In this document: positions 18,339 through 30,100 of the stretch, in pieces | How the letters are laid out: each line of letters opens with the position of its first letter | How positions within the stretch are numbered: position 1 is the stretch's first letter | Sequence record: SRR20825019_500 | Length of the DNA: 38,785 nt | Strand: one strand, 5' to 3' | Program-made: the position numbers and the translations under genes | The notes under the pieces: model-generated | Database searches by the model: none | What the model was told of the DNA's origin: nothing | Seen by the model: the letters and a program-made list of their open reading frames with translations, nothing else

Positions 18339-21044
18339 ATGACCTCCGCCGAGATCCGCCAGTCTTTCTTCAATTTCTTTGCCCAAAAAGGGCACTCTGT
18401 CGTGCCCTCCGCACCCTTGTTACCCGATTCACCCGGGCTGCTGTTTACCAACGCGGGCATGAATCAGTTCGTGCCGATCTTCCTCGGAGATAAACAACCC
18501 GACCTCTCAACATGGGCCGGAGCCATTCCCGGACAGGATACCCGGGCGACCGATACGCAAAAGTGCATTCGAGCCGGCGGTAAGCACAACGACCTCGAGG
18601 ATGTCGGTTTTGACACTTACCATCACACGTTTTTCGAAATGCTCGGAAACTGGTCCTTTGGCGATTACTTCAAAAAGGAATCCATTAACTGGGGGTGGGA
18701 ACTGCTGACCAAAATTTGGGGCATCCCGGCCAAGCGTCTCTTTGCCACGGTCTATTCTCCGGACTTATCGAACGGCGATCCCTCCGAATTCGATCAGGAG
18801 GCTTACGACATCTGGGTGGAGATTTTCAAAAAAGAAGGACTCGATCCCGCCGTCCATATCGTCAACGGCAACAAGAAGGACAATTTCTGGATGATGGGTG
18901 ACACCGGTCCCTGCGGCCCTTGTTCGGAAGTGCATTTCAATCTGGAAGAATCCGACGATGAAGCCGCCGGCCGCGACGCCGTGAATCAGGACAGCCCGCG
19001 CTGCATTGAAATCTGGAATCACGTTTTCATTCAATACAACGCCAACGCCGACGGCACCTTCTCCCCGCTCGCGGCTAAGCACGTCGATACCGGCATGGGC
19101 TTTGAGCGCGTGGCGGGGATCTACGCGACGACCAAGGGCTTCACCGATTTCAGTGCGGAACCTTCCAACTACGCGGCCGATGTCTTCGCCCCCACCTTCA
19201 CGAAGATCGCCGAATTATCCGGTAAAACCTACGGTGCCACCGTTCCCACCAAGCGCGAGGGATTGACCGAGCAGGAAAACATCGACGTCGCATTCCGCGT
19301 GCTCGCCGATCACGCCCGCTGCGTCTCCTGCGCCATCGCGGATAGCATCATGCCCGGCAGTGACGGTCGCAACTACGTGATTCGTCGCATTCTCCGTCGC
19401 GGCATTCTTTACGGCAATAAACTCGGCCTCAAAGCCGGCTTCTTTGAACAACTCGTCGAGCCCGTCGTCGAATCGCTTGGCTCGGTATTCCCGGAACTCA
19501 TCGCTCAAAAGAAAATTATCCAACGCGTGATCCGCAGCGAGGAAGAGAGTTTTGGACGCACCCTGGAAAACGGACTCAAGGAGTTTCATTCGTCGCTTAA
19601 GCAAAGTTCCGGATCAAAAGTGGTTCCCGGCACCAAAGCGTTTCTCTTGTATGATACTTTTGGATTCCCGCTCGATATGACCCAGCTCCTCGCCACTGAG
19701 CACGGCCTCACGGTCGACGTGGCCGGGTTTGAGACAGAGATGGAAAAGCAACGCGAACGGGGTCGTGCTGCGCAGAAAAAGGAAATTCTCGTCGCGGCAA
19801 CCGAAGGTGACACCAGCGACCTCAAACCCACCAAGTTTCTTGGCTACCACGAAACGAACGCGGATGCCGAATTGATCGAAATCGTGACCGCGGACGAGGA
19901 TACGTTTCTCGTCTTCGATCAGACCCCGTTCTACGCGGAAATGGGTGGGCAGGCTGGCGATATCGGCACCGTGCTGGCGGATCATAAACTGGTGCACATT
20001 GTCGACACGGTAAAGGACAAGGCCGGACGTTACCTGCATAAGATCGACCACGATTCACCAACTGTTGTCGTCGGAAATCGAGCCGAGCTCTCCGTCAATC
20101 TCCAGCGACGCCGGGCGATATCGCGTCACCACTCCGCCGCGCATCTGATTCACTGGGCACTGCGCAAAGTGCTTGGCACGCATGTGCGACAGGCCGGCAC
20201 CTCGAAAACCCCGGATCGCATGCGTTTTGATTTCTCCCATTTTGAAGCCGTCACCCACGCTCAATTGCAAGAGATCGAGCAGATGGTGAATGAGAAAATA
20301 ATCGATAATGCGCAGGTCGATACCTACGAAACCGAATTCGATAAGAAACCCGAAGACACCCTCGCCTTCTTTGGCGACAAATACGGAAACATCGTGCGCG
20401 TGGTCGATATCGGGGGATACAGCCGCGAGCTTTGCGGAGGCACCCATGTGACGACGACCGGTGAAATCGGTTTGATCAAAATCGTCGCCGAAATGGCGAT
20501 TGCGGCCGGCACGCGCCGCATCGAAGTCGTCGCCGGACAAGCGGCCTACGATTTTGTTTCGCATCACGAAGAATCCCTCAAGGCAATCGGCAACAAGCTC
20601 AATGCAGGTCCCTCGGACGTGATCACCAAACTCGACGCTCTGCTGGCTCATCAGAAAGAAATTGAGGCCAAGCTAAAAGCTTTCACGCAAAAGGCATCCG
20701 CCGGACAAGCGGATGAACTCATTGCCTCAGCATCGGAAAAAGACGGGCTCAGATTCGTCACTGCCGTCCTTGAGGTTGAATCGCCGAATGACCTCCGGAA
20801 GCTCGGGTCGCAGATTATCGCTAAACTCGCCGATGGAGTGGTCACGCTCGGGGCCGTTTTCGACGAGAAGGCCACGGTCGTTGCGTTCTGCTCACCGGCC
20901 GCAATTAAATCCGGGCACCAGGCCGGTAAGATTGTCGCCGAAGCTGCCTCCAAGATCGGCGGCAAAGGTGGCGGCAAACCCGATTTTGCAATGGGAGGCG
21001 GCAAAGAGCCCGCCAAACTTAAGAACGCATTGGGGCTGGACTAG
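18339..21044 (+). CDS. alaS: Alanyl-tRNA synthetase
   Basis: [37 protein letters not shown], editing motifs HSAAH and ELCGGTH, and C-terminal GGKGGG. Confidence 0.97.
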   Translation: MTSAEIRQSFFNFFAQKGHSVVPSAPLLPDSPGLLFTNAGMNQFVPIFLGDKQPDLSTWAGAIPGQDTRATDTQKCIRAGGKHNDLEDVGFDTYHHTFFEMLGNWSFGDYFKKESINWGWELLTKIWGIPAKRLFATVYSPDLSNGDPSEFDQEAYDIWVEIFKKEGLDPAVHIVNGNKKDNFWMMGDTGPCGPCSEVHFNLEESDDEAAGRDAVNQDSPRCIEIWNHVFIQYNANADGTFSPLAAKHVDTGMGFERVAGIYATTKGFTDFSAEPSNYAADVFAPTFTKIAELSGKTYGATVPTKREGLTEQENIDVAFRVLADHARCVSCAIADSIMPGSDGRNYVIRRILRRGILYGNKLGLKAGFFEQLVEPVVESLGSVFPELIAQKKIIQRVIRSEEESFGRTLENGLKEFHSSLKQSSGSKVVPGTKAFLLYDTFGFPLDMTQLLATEHGLTVDVAGFETEMEKQRERGRAAQKKEILVAATEGDTSDLKPTKFLGYHETNADAELIEIVTADEDTFLVFDQTPFYAEMGGQAGDIGTVLADHKLVHIVDTVKDKAGRYLHKIDHDSPTVVVGNRAELSVNLQRRRAISRHHSAAHLIHWALRKVLGTHVRQAGTSKTPDRMRFDFSHFEAVTHAQLQEIEQMVNEKIIDNAQVDTYETEFDKKPEDTLAFFGDKYGNIVRVVDIGGYSRELCGGTHVTTTGEIGLIKIVAEMAIAAGTRRIEVVAGQAAYDFVSHHEESLKAIGNKLNAGPSDVITKLDALLAHQKEIEAKLKAFTQKASAGQADELIASASEKDGLRFVTAVLEVESPNDLRKLGSQIIAKLADGVVTLGAVFDEKATVVAFCSPAAIKSGHQAGKIVAEAASKIGGKGGGKPDFAMGGGKEPAKLKNALGLD

Positions 21045-24000
21045 GCCCCCTCGCCTGAGCGGCGAGTCCATTGTGTGATGACCCGCTCAAGATCGGGTTT
21101 ACGCACCGGCTTGCCGATAAAGTCCGACATCCCCACTTCCAGACAACGTCTCCGGTCTTCCGGAGTGGTGTTGGCCGTAATCGCAACGATCGGAGGAGGC
21201 TTGGCAACTTTCCGGAGGATTTCTTGGGTCGCCATAAACCCATCCATGATCGGCATCCGGCAATCCATGAATACCAAGGCGTAATCGTGCAACTTCACTT
21301 TGGCGACCGCCTCCGCTCCATTTGCCGCCAGATCCACCTGGCAGCCCAAGCGGGACAACTGTTTACTGAGAACCAGTCGATTCACCGCGTCGTCATCTGC
21401 CAACAATACTTTCAGCGCGGTCGTCGGTGCGTTTGCCTGCACTTCAAATCCGGCATCGGCCGGAACATTTTCCGATTCTTCAATGGCACTCCAAAGCGAC
21501 TGGCAATTTACCAAAGGTTTTCGGATCTGACTCTGCGTTGGAAATGACTCCGTTTTTTTACCTTTCCTGGTTTTCAATCGCAGCATCACGATAAGCCATC
21601 CTCCTTCGGCGTTGGCTTTGCCCAGCTCATCCCGATCCTCATCAGTAAGAGGCACCGATTCATCCAACAATACTATCCGTCGTCCGGATTTACCCTGAGC
21701 CCTCATCCTTGATTTAGCCGCGGCTACCGTGGATTCAGTGATGATCTCATATCCCTGACGCTCGAAGAGATTTTCCACCGCTTTTCGTGTTGGTTCAAAA
21801 TCATCGATGACGATGATTTCATCATGATCGGCCCTCCCTTCAGGCACCTGCGGAGATTCACACACGACCGTGAGATTGAATCCAAAAATTGATCCCAGCC
21901 CTTCGCGACTCTTCACCGAGATCTCTCCGCCCATCAACTCGATCAACCGTTTGCTGATCGCCAAACCCAGCCCTGTGCCACCGTATTTACGGGTCGTGGA
22001 GGAGTCCGCTTGGGTGAATCGTTCAAATAGTTTCGCCAGAGCAACCGGGGAAATACCGATGCCCGTGTCTTGCACTTTGAAGCTCAAGTTCACTTCCCCG
22101 TCGGCTTGTTCGGATCGATTTGGCAAAGCTTCCACCTCAAGAACCACATGTCCATCATCGGTAAATTTTACCGCATTCCCGACCAAATTGATCAGAATCT
22201 GACGCAGGCGAGCCGGGTCCGTCATGACCACTGACGGGGTATTTTTTCCGATCAGAAGGGTCAATTCCACCCGCTTTTCAATCGCATCAGGAGTGATCAC
22301 CTCAGCCACACCACTCAATAGCCCATGCAGATCGACGGCCACCGACTCGATCACAATCCGGCCCGCTTCTATTTTGGAAAAGTCGAGAATGTCGTTGAGC
22401 ACGGAAAGCAGGGCCTCGCCGGATGACCGCAGGGTGGACATATGCTCGCGCTGTTCGTGGTCCAGCTCGGTATCCAACATCATCTCCGCAGATCCGATCA
22501 CCCCATTGAGCGGCGTGCGGATTTCATGGCTCATGGTCGCAAGGAAATCGCTCTTGGCCCGATTCGCGGCAGTAGCCACCTCCATTTCCTTTTTGGCCTG
22601 AGCCGTCTGGGCCTTTTCCACCCTAATCTGGTGATCGCGTTGCAGTAATTCATCTCTGCGGCGATACACGGCCCTAAGGCGCAAGGATACTCCACCCGCA
22701 ATCACGAGAATCAAAAAGACAAACCCTGCAATACGAACAGACCAGCGTTGCCACCAAAACGGGTTTACCCGCAGTAATACTCGGCTCTCCTCCCCCACCT
22801 TTCCTTCCACACTGATCGGTCGCACCCGGAACAGGTGATCACCCGGTTGCAGCGCCGGAAGTCTGGCCACGGGCTCAACTCCCGCGTCCACCCATTTATC
22901 ATCAATCCCTTCGAGCTTATATCTAAAATGAGTATGCTCACCATAACTCAATCCGGTGCCACCATAGCGAATATTGACGCGATCCGTGCCGGGGGCCACT
23001 TCCACGACGTCACCCGGTGAAATCATCCATGCCAAGGGCTCGGATCCAGCACGCACCTGTTCGATGTGCACTTGCGGGATCTGGGGAGTGAGCTTCACAT
23101 TCTTCGGATCGATTCTGGCGATTCCCTTTAAAGTCGCAAACCAGAGACGGCCATCTGCCGCTCGCAACCCGGCATTCGGAAATCCCACCCGCCCCGCCGA
23201 ACTCGCCAATCCATCCCGCTTATCAAAAACCTGGCAGACCAGCTGATCAATCTCACCGGCGGCGACCTCCTGCAGTGACTTCCGGGTAACCCGCATAATT
23301 CCCCGTTCGGATACAAACCACAAGTAGCCTTCGCCATCAGTCGATATCGGGCACCATTTACCCATCGGGATTCCGTGCTCCTTACCATAGCGAACCCATC
23401 CCCCCGCGGCTCGATGGAAAAGCTCCCCACCACTATTACTGATCCAAAAACCATCCTGTTCGCTCCCATACATCCCCAGCACATGCCCGACGGCATGGCC
23501 GGATAAATTATCGACCGGATCAAATCCGTCATCCGATTCTTTCCACAGGATTCCTTGGGTTGTCGTCGCCCAGATTGTGCCGTCTTGATCTTCGATCAGG
23601 TGGTTGAACATTCCGGGCTTTTCCTCCGGTTTAAAGCGCTTGATCTCTTCGTGGTTTTTGAAAGCGACAATGCTCATTTCCGTTCCGACCCACAGGCGTT
23701 GCTGGGAATCAAGAAGCAGTGAATAGACATGACGCGCCAACAGTTCCTCCCACTGCCAATTTCTATATTCGTCTCCTTTTACGTAAACCAATCCCGTGCT
23801 GTAGGTCCCAAACCACGCCCCCCCATCATCGTCCAATTCTATCGTGTGCACCCAGCTCTGATCGTTCAAGACCCCCAAATTCAAGGGCTCTCCATATTTC
23901 TCCCCATCAAATGGCAGCACCCCGCCACCATGCGTGGCGACGATCAAATACCCGGGATCCGTCTCCTTGATCGCGTTGACCATCGGCTGGTTCAATCCGG

Positions 24001-25027
24001 CTTCATATCCAAAGCTAACAAATGAGCGGGGCCGGACTCTCGTGAGACCACCACCATCGGAACCAAGCCAAATATTACCTTCATTATCCGGCAGAATTGT
24101 GAGCAACGCATTATTCATCAGCCCCTCATCTCGACCGCACTCCAAGTAGCTTCCATCCGGATGATAAATAACCAATCCATGACGCTCCCCGGCTACCCAT
24201 AAGCTACCCTCAGGGTCCTCCCAGATACTCACTTCATCATCTCGATGATTGGCGAGCCGGGGTATCGTTCTCACAACTTGCCCATCCCGCCAGAGGTTGA
24301 GTTCATGCTTATCGGCCCACCAAATTCCACTTCCTACAGCCGGGGCCGCTCCCAACACTACCAGATCAAACTGTTCACCAAAAGGGCCCGCGACCTGGAA
24401 CCAGGCTCCACCTTCATAATAAAATAAGAACTCTGAGTTATTCACCCATAAGCGATCCTGAGTATCGAAGAAGCATCTCGTCTCCGAACGGATCATTCGC
24501 CTCGTGGTCAGCCTCGGCGTTACTGGCTCAAAACGCTCCCCATTCCACCGCACAATATGAACATCGACGGCAGCATAAACCTGCCCGTGTGCATCAATCG
24601 CCAGCGAGTAGACCACGCCCTGAGGAACCCCGTCAGTTTCCGTGTAATGCCGCCATCCATCCTTCTGCTTATAGGTATAGACACCTTCCGATGTGCCGAT
24701 CCATAGCGTCCCATCCGGGGCCACCTCCAAAGCCAGCACCAACATGTTCCCAAGCGGGATTTGTTCGGATTCACCCACCGCATACCGCAGTCCATCGAAC
24801 CGCGCGAGCCCCTCATACGACCCCAGCCACAAATACCCGTCAGACGTTTGCGCCAAGGCTGTGACGGAGATGTAAGGAGCCCCTTCCTCGTGTTCCCAGG
24901 AGCGCAATACGTAGTGATCGCCAAATTTTCCCTGAGCCCACACGCCGTTGACCACCACTGCTGCAAACCAAAGCAGCACCACCATCAGGTGGAAGGTTTT
25001 ATATGGTGAGAAAGCACGCACGATCAC
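21041..25027 (-). CDS. Hybrid sensor histidine kinase: periplasmic beta-propeller repeats, Y_Y_Y domain, TM, HisKA, HATPase and two REC domains
   Basis: Repeated DxxGxLWxG blades; [50 protein letters not shown]-terminal LADDD...FMDCRMP. Exact start uncertain. Confidence 0.92.
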   Translation of the reverse strand: MIVRAFSPYKTFHLMVVLLWFAAVVVNGVWAQGKFGDHYVLRSWEHEEGAPYISVTALAQTSDGYLWLGSYEGLARFDGLRYAVGESEQIPLGNMLVLALEVAPDGTLWIGTSEGVYTYKQKDGWRHYTETDGVPQGVVYSLAIDAHGQVYAAVDVHIVRWNGERFEPVTPRLTTRRMIRSETRCFFDTQDRLWVNNSEFLFYYEGGAWFQVAGPFGEQFDLVVLGAAPAVGSGIWWADKHELNLWRDGQVVRTIPRLANHRDDEVSIWEDPEGSLWVAGERHGLVIYHPDGSYLECGRDEGLMNNALLTILPDNEGNIWLGSDGGGLTRVRPRSFVSFGYEAGLNQPMVNAIKETDPGYLIVATHGGGVLPFDGEKYGEPLNLGVLNDQSWVHTIELDDDGGAWFGTYSTGLVYVKGDEYRNWQWEELLARHVYSLLLDSQQRLWVGTEMSIVAFKNHEEIKRFKPEEKPGMFNHLIEDQDGTIWATTTQGILWKESDDGFDPVDNLSGHAVGHVLGMYGSEQDGFWISNSGGELFHRAAGGWVRYGKEHGIPMGKWCPISTDGEGYLWFVSERGIMRVTRKSLQEVAAGEIDQLVCQVFDKRDGLASSAGRVGFPNAGLRAADGRLWFATLKGIARIDPKNVKLTPQIPQVHIEQVRAGSEPLAWMISPGDVVEVAPGTDRVNIRYGGTGLSYGEHTHFRYKLEGIDDKWVDAGVEPVARLPALQPGDHLFRVRPISVEGKVGEESRVLLRVNPFWWQRWSVRIAGFVFLILVIAGGVSLRLRAVYRRRDELLQRDHQIRVEKAQTAQAKKEMEVATAANRAKSDFLATMSHEIRTPLNGVIGSAEMMLDTELDHEQREHMSTLRSSGEALLSVLNDILDFSKIEAGRIVIESVAVDLHGLLSGVAEVITPDAIEKRVELTLLIGKNTPSVVMTDPARLRQILINLVGNAVKFTDDGHVVLEVEALPNRSEQADGEVNLSFKVQDTGIGISPVALAKLFERFTQADSSTTRKYGGTGLGLAISKRLIELMGGEISVKSREGLGSIFGFNLTVVCESPQVPEGRADHDEIIVIDDFEPTRKAVENLFERQGYEIITESTVAAAKSRMRAQGKSGRRIVLLDESVPLTDEDRDELGKANAEGGWLIVMLRLKTRKGKKTESFPTQSQIRKPLVNCQSLWSAIEESENVPADAGFEVQANAPTTALKVLLADDDAVNRLVLSKQLSRLGCQVDLAANGAEAVAKVKLHDYALVFMDCRMPIMDGFMATQEILRKVAKPPPIVAITANTTPEDRRRCLEVGMSDFIGKPVRKPDLERVITQWTRRSGEGA

Positions 25028-25180
25028 AAAACTAGATTTCCTCTTCGCTAAGACAAGCTACTGCATATAAGGAATTCTCCCCTCATAAACAAAGGCACTT
25101 TTGTGAGACACGGGCGACTAAGAAGATTGCCGTGCATCCCCCGCTCCCCAGCTTCCCTCTTAATACCGTCACCTTGCTCC

Positions 25181-26443
25181 GTGCCTCTCGCTTCAACAAA
25201 ACCTAATCGCTTCCGCTTTCGAGTCGCCATGCTACTGGCACTAACTCCGGTGTTTATTTTCACCGCCTGCAGCAACCCATTCCCTCAGCGAATGGTAGAA
25301 ACCGAGTCGACTACACAGACACGATGGGCCGAGCTAGCCTTGCACCCGGAACCCACGATAGCGTATCTCGACTGGCCCCGTGCCGTCGCCCTTCTTGAGA
25401 GCTCAAATTTCAAATTAATTGAGTCCCGTGAAGCCCTCCGGGTCGCGAGAAACAACTGGCAGCGATTGCCCCGGCGATTTATCCCCGAGCTAAACTTCAA
25501 TCTATTCACATCCCCAACCTTCAGCGAAGTAAGCCAGGGTGATCTCACCAACACTTACTTTCAAATTGGCGGCCTGCTGGATCTGCCCACACCTTGGCGT
25601 TATCGAGCCCAAGCACTGGAAACAAATCTCCACTATGCTTTGGCCCAAACGAAACTGGAACTCCTGCGACGCGAACAATATGTCGGTCTCTATCGCTTAT
25701 TTCGCGACGCCGAAGCCGTTGCCAAACGACAGAAGCAACAGCAGGCACTGACCGCTTTGGGGAAAATTGACAACACCGATGCCTATGCCCATCAAGCTGC
25801 GAAATTACAAATGGATATCCAGAGCGAGTGGCGCAAGATTGAGGGCACATTGGGCGAACTCCTCGGCGATCAGAACCATCGCTGGCGCCCGGATATAAAC
25901 AGCCAGCTTCCTGTCTTCGATTATACCACGAAACCACCCGCGCTCAATGGGCAGGATGGCTTTGCCGCCCTGCAACTCACTCATACAGCCCTCCAAATTC
26001 TGGGGCTTGAAGCGGCTCGACAAGGACTTCTGCTCTCATCCTGGCCGCGGTTCTCCGTTCTCATATCCGCTCCGCCCATTTATCAATCCTCGACGGGCAA
26101 TAGCAGCTTCTTATCGATCGATGATCTGCGGATCACCCCATTCATCTCCTACTCCACCGATTTTCGCGGACACCGTAAAGCCGCCCGCGAGCAAAACTCT
26201 CATCGTAGTGACATTGCCCGCCGCCAAATCGACCAGGCGATGCAAACGACTCTTCTAAGATTGCGTGATGGAGCAGCCCTTCTGACGAAACTCGCGCAGC
26301 AGCATAAACGACTACACGAAGTTATTCAGGCGCTCCCCGCCGGCATTCCTTCCACTGAGCTGCGTGAAAAACAAGCTGAACTAGACAGCCAAATCGACGA
26401 ACTTAACTTAACCTTTTGGGTCTTTGATACCCAACGTTGGTAA
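25181..26443 (+). CDS. Divergent TolC/outer-membrane-factor-like lipoprotein
   Basis: Basic N-region with lipobox FTA|C. Two repeated helical/beta modules (FIPELNFN and SWPRFSV) as in OMFs. First gene of an MFP-ABC-permease run. Start uncertain (GTG 25181 or ATG 25229). Confidence 0.6.
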   Translation: MPLASTKPNRFRFRVAMLLALTPVFIFTACSNPFPQRMVETESTTQTRWAELALHPEPTIAYLDWPRAVALLESSNFKLIESREALRVARNNWQRLPRRFIPELNFNLFTSPTFSEVSQGDLTNTYFQIGGLLDLPTPWRYRAQALETNLHYALAQTKLELLRREQYVGLYRLFRDAEAVAKRQKQQQALTALGKIDNTDAYAHQAAKLQMDIQSEWRKIEGTLGELLGDQNHRWRPDINSQLPVFDYTTKPPALNGQDGFAALQLTHTALQILGLEAARQGLLLSSWPRFSVLISAPPIYQSSTGNSSFLSIDDLRITPFISYSTDFRGHRKAAREQNSHRSDIARRQIDQAMQTTLLRLRDGAALLTKLAQQHKRLHEVIQALPAGIPSTELREKQAELDSQIDELNLTFWVFDTQRW

Positions 26444-26451
26444 TACGTCCC

Positions 26452-27594
26452 ATGCCTTTATTTTTCACTTTCCGCTCCTCCCACCTGTTCACTGCCTTAC
26501 TGGGAGTCATCAGTCCTCTTCTCATGCAAGGTGTCGGCTCGCCTGAAGGTGCTCCCCTGCAATCATCAATCACGCTGCTGAAAAGCAGTGCGCACCTAAA
26601 GCCACTTTCAACCCTGCATATCAAAGCACCTCTGCACGGGACATTCACACTTGTCGCACCCAATGGAGATATCGCCAAAGGCGACCTTATCGGGCGCTAC
26701 GACGACCGGGCGCTCAGCGCCAAGCTTAGCACCGCGATCTTACGCCTGCGGCTCGCTCAGCTGCAGGAAACCGAATTCCGTGCCGATCTCCCTAAACGTC
26801 GACATGAAGCTGAGATCGCCATCACCGAATTGGAATCCCGGCAATCATTGCTTCAAACCCTCCAGAAGAATCCGCAACTGCGCGAGGACCTTCCTGAAAG
26901 CATCCGGACGACTCTGCGAACCGATAACCTGCAAACCGTCGCAGCCCAACTCACCGCCGCCAGGCAGCGCTTGGACCGGATGCGGGAGTCCGACTATGCC
27001 GAAGACTCTTCGGCGCGGTTGCTGGTTCTCGAATCCAGTCAGACTGTCGATGAACTTCAAAAGCAACTCGCTCAGACCAATCTCCTCGCCCCGAGCGACG
27101 GTTCATTTCAATGCGCTTCGCTCTTTCAGGCGACCTCGGAAACACTACTCTCGACAGGACAGGAAATCGGCATGATCCGGAACCACCGCCAGCTTCTTGC
27201 CGTGATTGCCGCCAATTCTCCTTATTTGGCACGAACAAATCTGACTAACACGACTTTGACTCTGCAAGGCCCCGGCGGTATCCGGTATACCGCCCGATTC
27301 CGGGAAAGCACCACAGAGCGCACCCCCATCTCGGCTGAGAGTCGCGTGTGTTGGTATGAGTTTAGCGAGGCTGACTCCGCGGCTCTTCGCAGCATGGCAT
27401 TGAGCAATGCCTTCGCCACGATCATGATGCACACGGACGAACCCGTGGCCGAAGTAAATAAACTGGAGGCCGCTCGTGCCCATCCCGGCGCATTTGCATC
27501 CGGCTGGGCTGAAGGGGCGGCCTTACTCTGGCCCGATTGGGAGTTAGTGCAGGAAGGCGAAACCACCCTCGGGCTAAAGAAACGCTCTCCGTAA
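26452..27594 (+). CDS. Membrane fusion (periplasmic adaptor, HlyD/MacA-like) protein
   Basis: N-terminal hydrophobic segment; lipoyl half-motifs IKAPLHG...IAKGDLIG and LLAPSDG flank a long helical hairpin. Confidence 0.7.
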   Translation: MPLFFTFRSSHLFTALLGVISPLLMQGVGSPEGAPLQSSITLLKSSAHLKPLSTLHIKAPLHGTFTLVAPNGDIAKGDLIGRYDDRALSAKLSTAILRLRLAQLQETEFRADLPKRRHEAEIAITELESRQSLLQTLQKNPQLREDLPESIRTTLRTDNLQTVAAQLTAARQRLDRMRESDYAEDSSARLLVLESSQTVDELQKQLAQTNLLAPSDGSFQCASLFQATSETLLSTGQEIGMIRNHRQLLAVIAANSPYLARTNLTNTTLTLQGPGGIRYTARFRESTTERTPISAESRVCWYEFSEADSAALRSMALSNAFATIMMHTDEPVAEVNKLEAARAHPGAFASGWAEGAALLWPDWELVQEGETTLGLKKRSP

Positions 27595-27597
27595 TCG

Positions 27598-28248
27598 ATG
27601 GACGCGATCGAAATTAATCACCTCTGTTTCGCCTATCCCGGACGGCGGGACCGTGCGATATTCGAGAACTACGAACGGCAATTTTTACCGGGCCTGCATA
27701 TGCTGCGGGGCTTTTCCGGATGCGGGAAATCCACCCTGCTCCGACTCATTGCGGGCTATCTCAAACCGGATAGCGGCAACATCATCATTCCCGAGGCGAA
27801 GTCTCCCCGTGATCGAGACTACCAAATTGGCTCCCTCGGATTTGTCTTCCAATCGATCAACCTGCTCGAAGCCCTGACTCTCCGGCAAAACATCGAAATC
27901 GTCGGAGCACTCGCCCGCATGCCGGCTGCCGAACTTGCCCGTGCCGCGCAGCATTGGCTTGAAATCATGGGAATCGCTCACCTCGCCAACGAAAAACCCG
28001 ATCGACTTTCCGGAGGGCAGCGGCAACGGGCCGCCTTCGTCCGAGCCATGATCAAAACTCCCCGCATCCTTCTCTTGGACGAACCCTCCGCCGGTCTCGA
28101 CGATGAAAATACCGATGCCCTCATCAGAGCCGCCTCCGCCTACCAACGTAGTGCCCCCGAGGAACGCATCGTCATAGTCGCATCCCACGATGAACGTCTC
28201 CGACCTCACGCGGATCACGTCCACAATTTCCCAATTCCGGCCCTGTGA
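27598..28248 (+). CDS. ABC transporter ATP-binding protein (LolD/MacB-like)
   Basis: Walker A GFSGCGKS, GFVFQ Q-loop, LSGGQRQR signature, Walker B ILLLDEP, H-loop SHD. Confidence 0.93.
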   Translation: MDAIEINHLCFAYPGRRDRAIFENYERQFLPGLHMLRGFSGCGKSTLLRLIAGYLKPDSGNIIIPEAKSPRDRDYQIGSLGFVFQSINLLEALTLRQNIEIVGALARMPAAELARAAQHWLEIMGIAHLANEKPDRLSGGQRQRAAFVRAMIKTPRILLLDEPSAGLDDENTDALIRAASAYQRSAPEERIVIVASHDERLRPHADHVHNFPIPAL

Positions 28249-28252
28249 CGCT

Positions 28253-29359
28253 GTGATCGGATTCTCGCATCTCATCTCCTATCTGCTGCGCGACACGATA
28301 TTGCGTTGGCGGGGACGGCCACTCTCGCCACTCTCCCGCCTGCTCGTTGCTATCTGCCTCGCGTCCGCAGCTCTCCTGGTGCTGGCCTCCTTCGCTCTCG
28401 GCAAAGCGACTTTGGAAGAGCGAATCCAAAACTTTGGGCTCAACACGGTCGTCGTAAGATCTCCTCTGGCCCGGGCGGAAAACCCCATGCCCGCGGAACA
28501 CAATTTATCGGTCTATGGTCGCGCCTTGAGTCTCCGGGCGATCTATCCGCCCGCCCAAATCAATCTGGGTGGCAGCGCCACCATCGCCTTCGCGCACGAC
28601 GCGACCCTTCGCGAGATAGCTCTCTGGGATATCCGCGCCGATCATCTTCCTCTTCTCCTGACTTCTGATTTTCCCGATCGGATTCACGTCGCTGCAGGGA
28701 TCGGTCCGTGGCAGGTTGAAGCGCAAAGCGCGCGCTTGCCCCAGACGCTCACCTCGGCCGGGATCGATTCGCTGCTCATTGCCCGTGAAAGCGATTTCCC
28801 TATGCAGGCGCAAACTGCGGGGCAGGCAATCACCTTGCTCGAAGTCGATACGACCCGTTTTTCGACGGTGGCAATCGTGCGAGCCTTACAGGAAGTAGCT
28901 CAGGCTAATCAACCCGACCCACTGGGCTCACTCACAGTGCAGAGCGCCCTGCCACTCTTGCACGAGCTTCAGCAATTGCAAAATTCCTGGGCACGCTACG
29001 CAGCGCTCATCAGCAGCGTGCTGGCCCTCACTATCGCGGTGGTTTTCGGAGCGAGTGCGATGTTGGAATACGAAATCACTGCTTATACGACCGCATTGTT
29101 ACGAAGTTTTGGCGCCTCGCGTTTTGCGCTGGGCGCACAGCGGATTGCGGAGGCGCTGTTTTTGGTCAACGCGGGATGGGGACTCGCTTGGGTTGTCGCC
29201 AAGACCGTCAGTGATGTCGCCCTCCCTCAGCTCACCACTCATCTGAGCGACAGCTCTGCGTTCCTCCCTTTGATTCTCGCCTTGAATGGCGGAGCCTTTC
29301 TCTCGGGATTACCCGTAGTTTTGGCCTTGCGACGGCAGGTCGGCATGATTCTTCAGTAA
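28253..29359 (+). CDS. FtsX/MacB-like ABC permease
   Basis: One N-terminal TM, a ~220-aa periplasmic domain, then three C-terminal TMs with ALLRSFGAS. GTG start 4 nt after the ATPase stop. Confidence 0.78.
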   Translation: MIGFSHLISYLLRDTILRWRGRPLSPLSRLLVAICLASAALLVLASFALGKATLEERIQNFGLNTVVVRSPLARAENPMPAEHNLSVYGRALSLRAIYPPAQINLGGSATIAFAHDATLREIALWDIRADHLPLLLTSDFPDRIHVAAGIGPWQVEAQSARLPQTLTSAGIDSLLIARESDFPMQAQTAGQAITLLEVDTTRFSTVAIVRALQEVAQANQPDPLGSLTVQSALPLLHELQQLQNSWARYAALISSVLALTIAVVFGASAMLEYEITAYTTALLRSFGASRFALGAQRIAEALFLVNAGWGLAWVVAKTVSDVALPQLTTHLSDSSAFLPLILALNGGAFLSGLPVVLALRRQVGMILQ

Positions 29360-29424
29360 GCCTCACTCCACCATTTGTATTTCACTAATAAGCAAACCTA
29401 TTGAACTGAGCACGGAACCATTTA

Positions 29425-29442
29425 TGCGGATTGCAGTCCGCA
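29425..29442. promoter_or_regulatory. Near-perfect 18-bp palindrome TGCGGATTGCAGTCCGCA upstream of the lipoprotein gene
   Basis: 16 of 18 positions are symmetric; intergenic, 47 nt before ATG 29490. Confidence 0.35.
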
Positions 29443-29489
29443 CTACTGCGTCCCAACCTCCCGAGTTCTTCACAATTAAGAGTTTTAAA

Positions 29490-29978
29490 ATGCAAACCTT
29501 CCGAAAACATCTCACCCACTGGCGACTCATTGGGCTCTGCCTGACCCTTCCGTTCTTACTGAGCGGCTGCGGAGGAGGCGGCGAATCCAGCTCCGAGACG
29601 CCCACCCCGACCATCACATCTCCCAAAAATCTCGTTGGAGCAGTCTTGCTGATCACCTACAGTGATTCCCGCAGTTATACCTTTACGGTAACAAACTCAG
29701 TCTCTACCGGCCTCACGCGTAGCGATGGGCGGGTCGTCACCAATTGGACTGCAAGCGGCTACGGCACGCCGGTTCTTGGTATGAGCATCGCCTATGGTGC
29801 TTTTACCGATGAACAACCTGCAGCGAACGATAATGTCTACGATGACTACATTCTCTCGTTCGACTCGAAAACCGAAGGCACCGTAGTGATCAGGGAAGAT
29901 ACGACAAACAATGACTATGCTGATGCTACCGTAATCACCGGCACGTTTAAGTTCACCACCTATCCACCTTCGGGCTGA
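29490..29978 (+). CDS. Hypothetical lipoprotein (162 aa)
   Basis: MQTFRKHL...LPFLLSG|CGGGGESSSETPTPT: lipobox, Gly/Ser/Pro tether, then a Thr/Asp-rich beta-like domain. Confidence 0.8.
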   Translation: MQTFRKHLTHWRLIGLCLTLPFLLSGCGGGGESSSETPTPTITSPKNLVGAVLLITYSDSRSYTFTVTNSVSTGLTRSDGRVVTNWTASGYGTPVLGMSIAYGAFTDEQPAANDNVYDDYILSFDSKTEGTVVIREDTTNNDYADATVITGTFKFTTYPPSG

Positions 29979-30100
29979 GTTCAGTCACCTTTTCTCGAAC
30001 GGCGATTGGCGCATCAGCGTAATCGCCGTTTTTTGTGCGAACACGATTTGCTCTCGAATGTGTGTTGCCGAGTGCAGGGGCTTGCTTTCCGATTACTCCC

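Noticed and set aside
29385-29460. GCAAACC start reminiscent of a c-di-GMP-I riboswitch
   Set aside because: The GAAA-tetraloop stem and the following GACGCAAAGC segment are absent.
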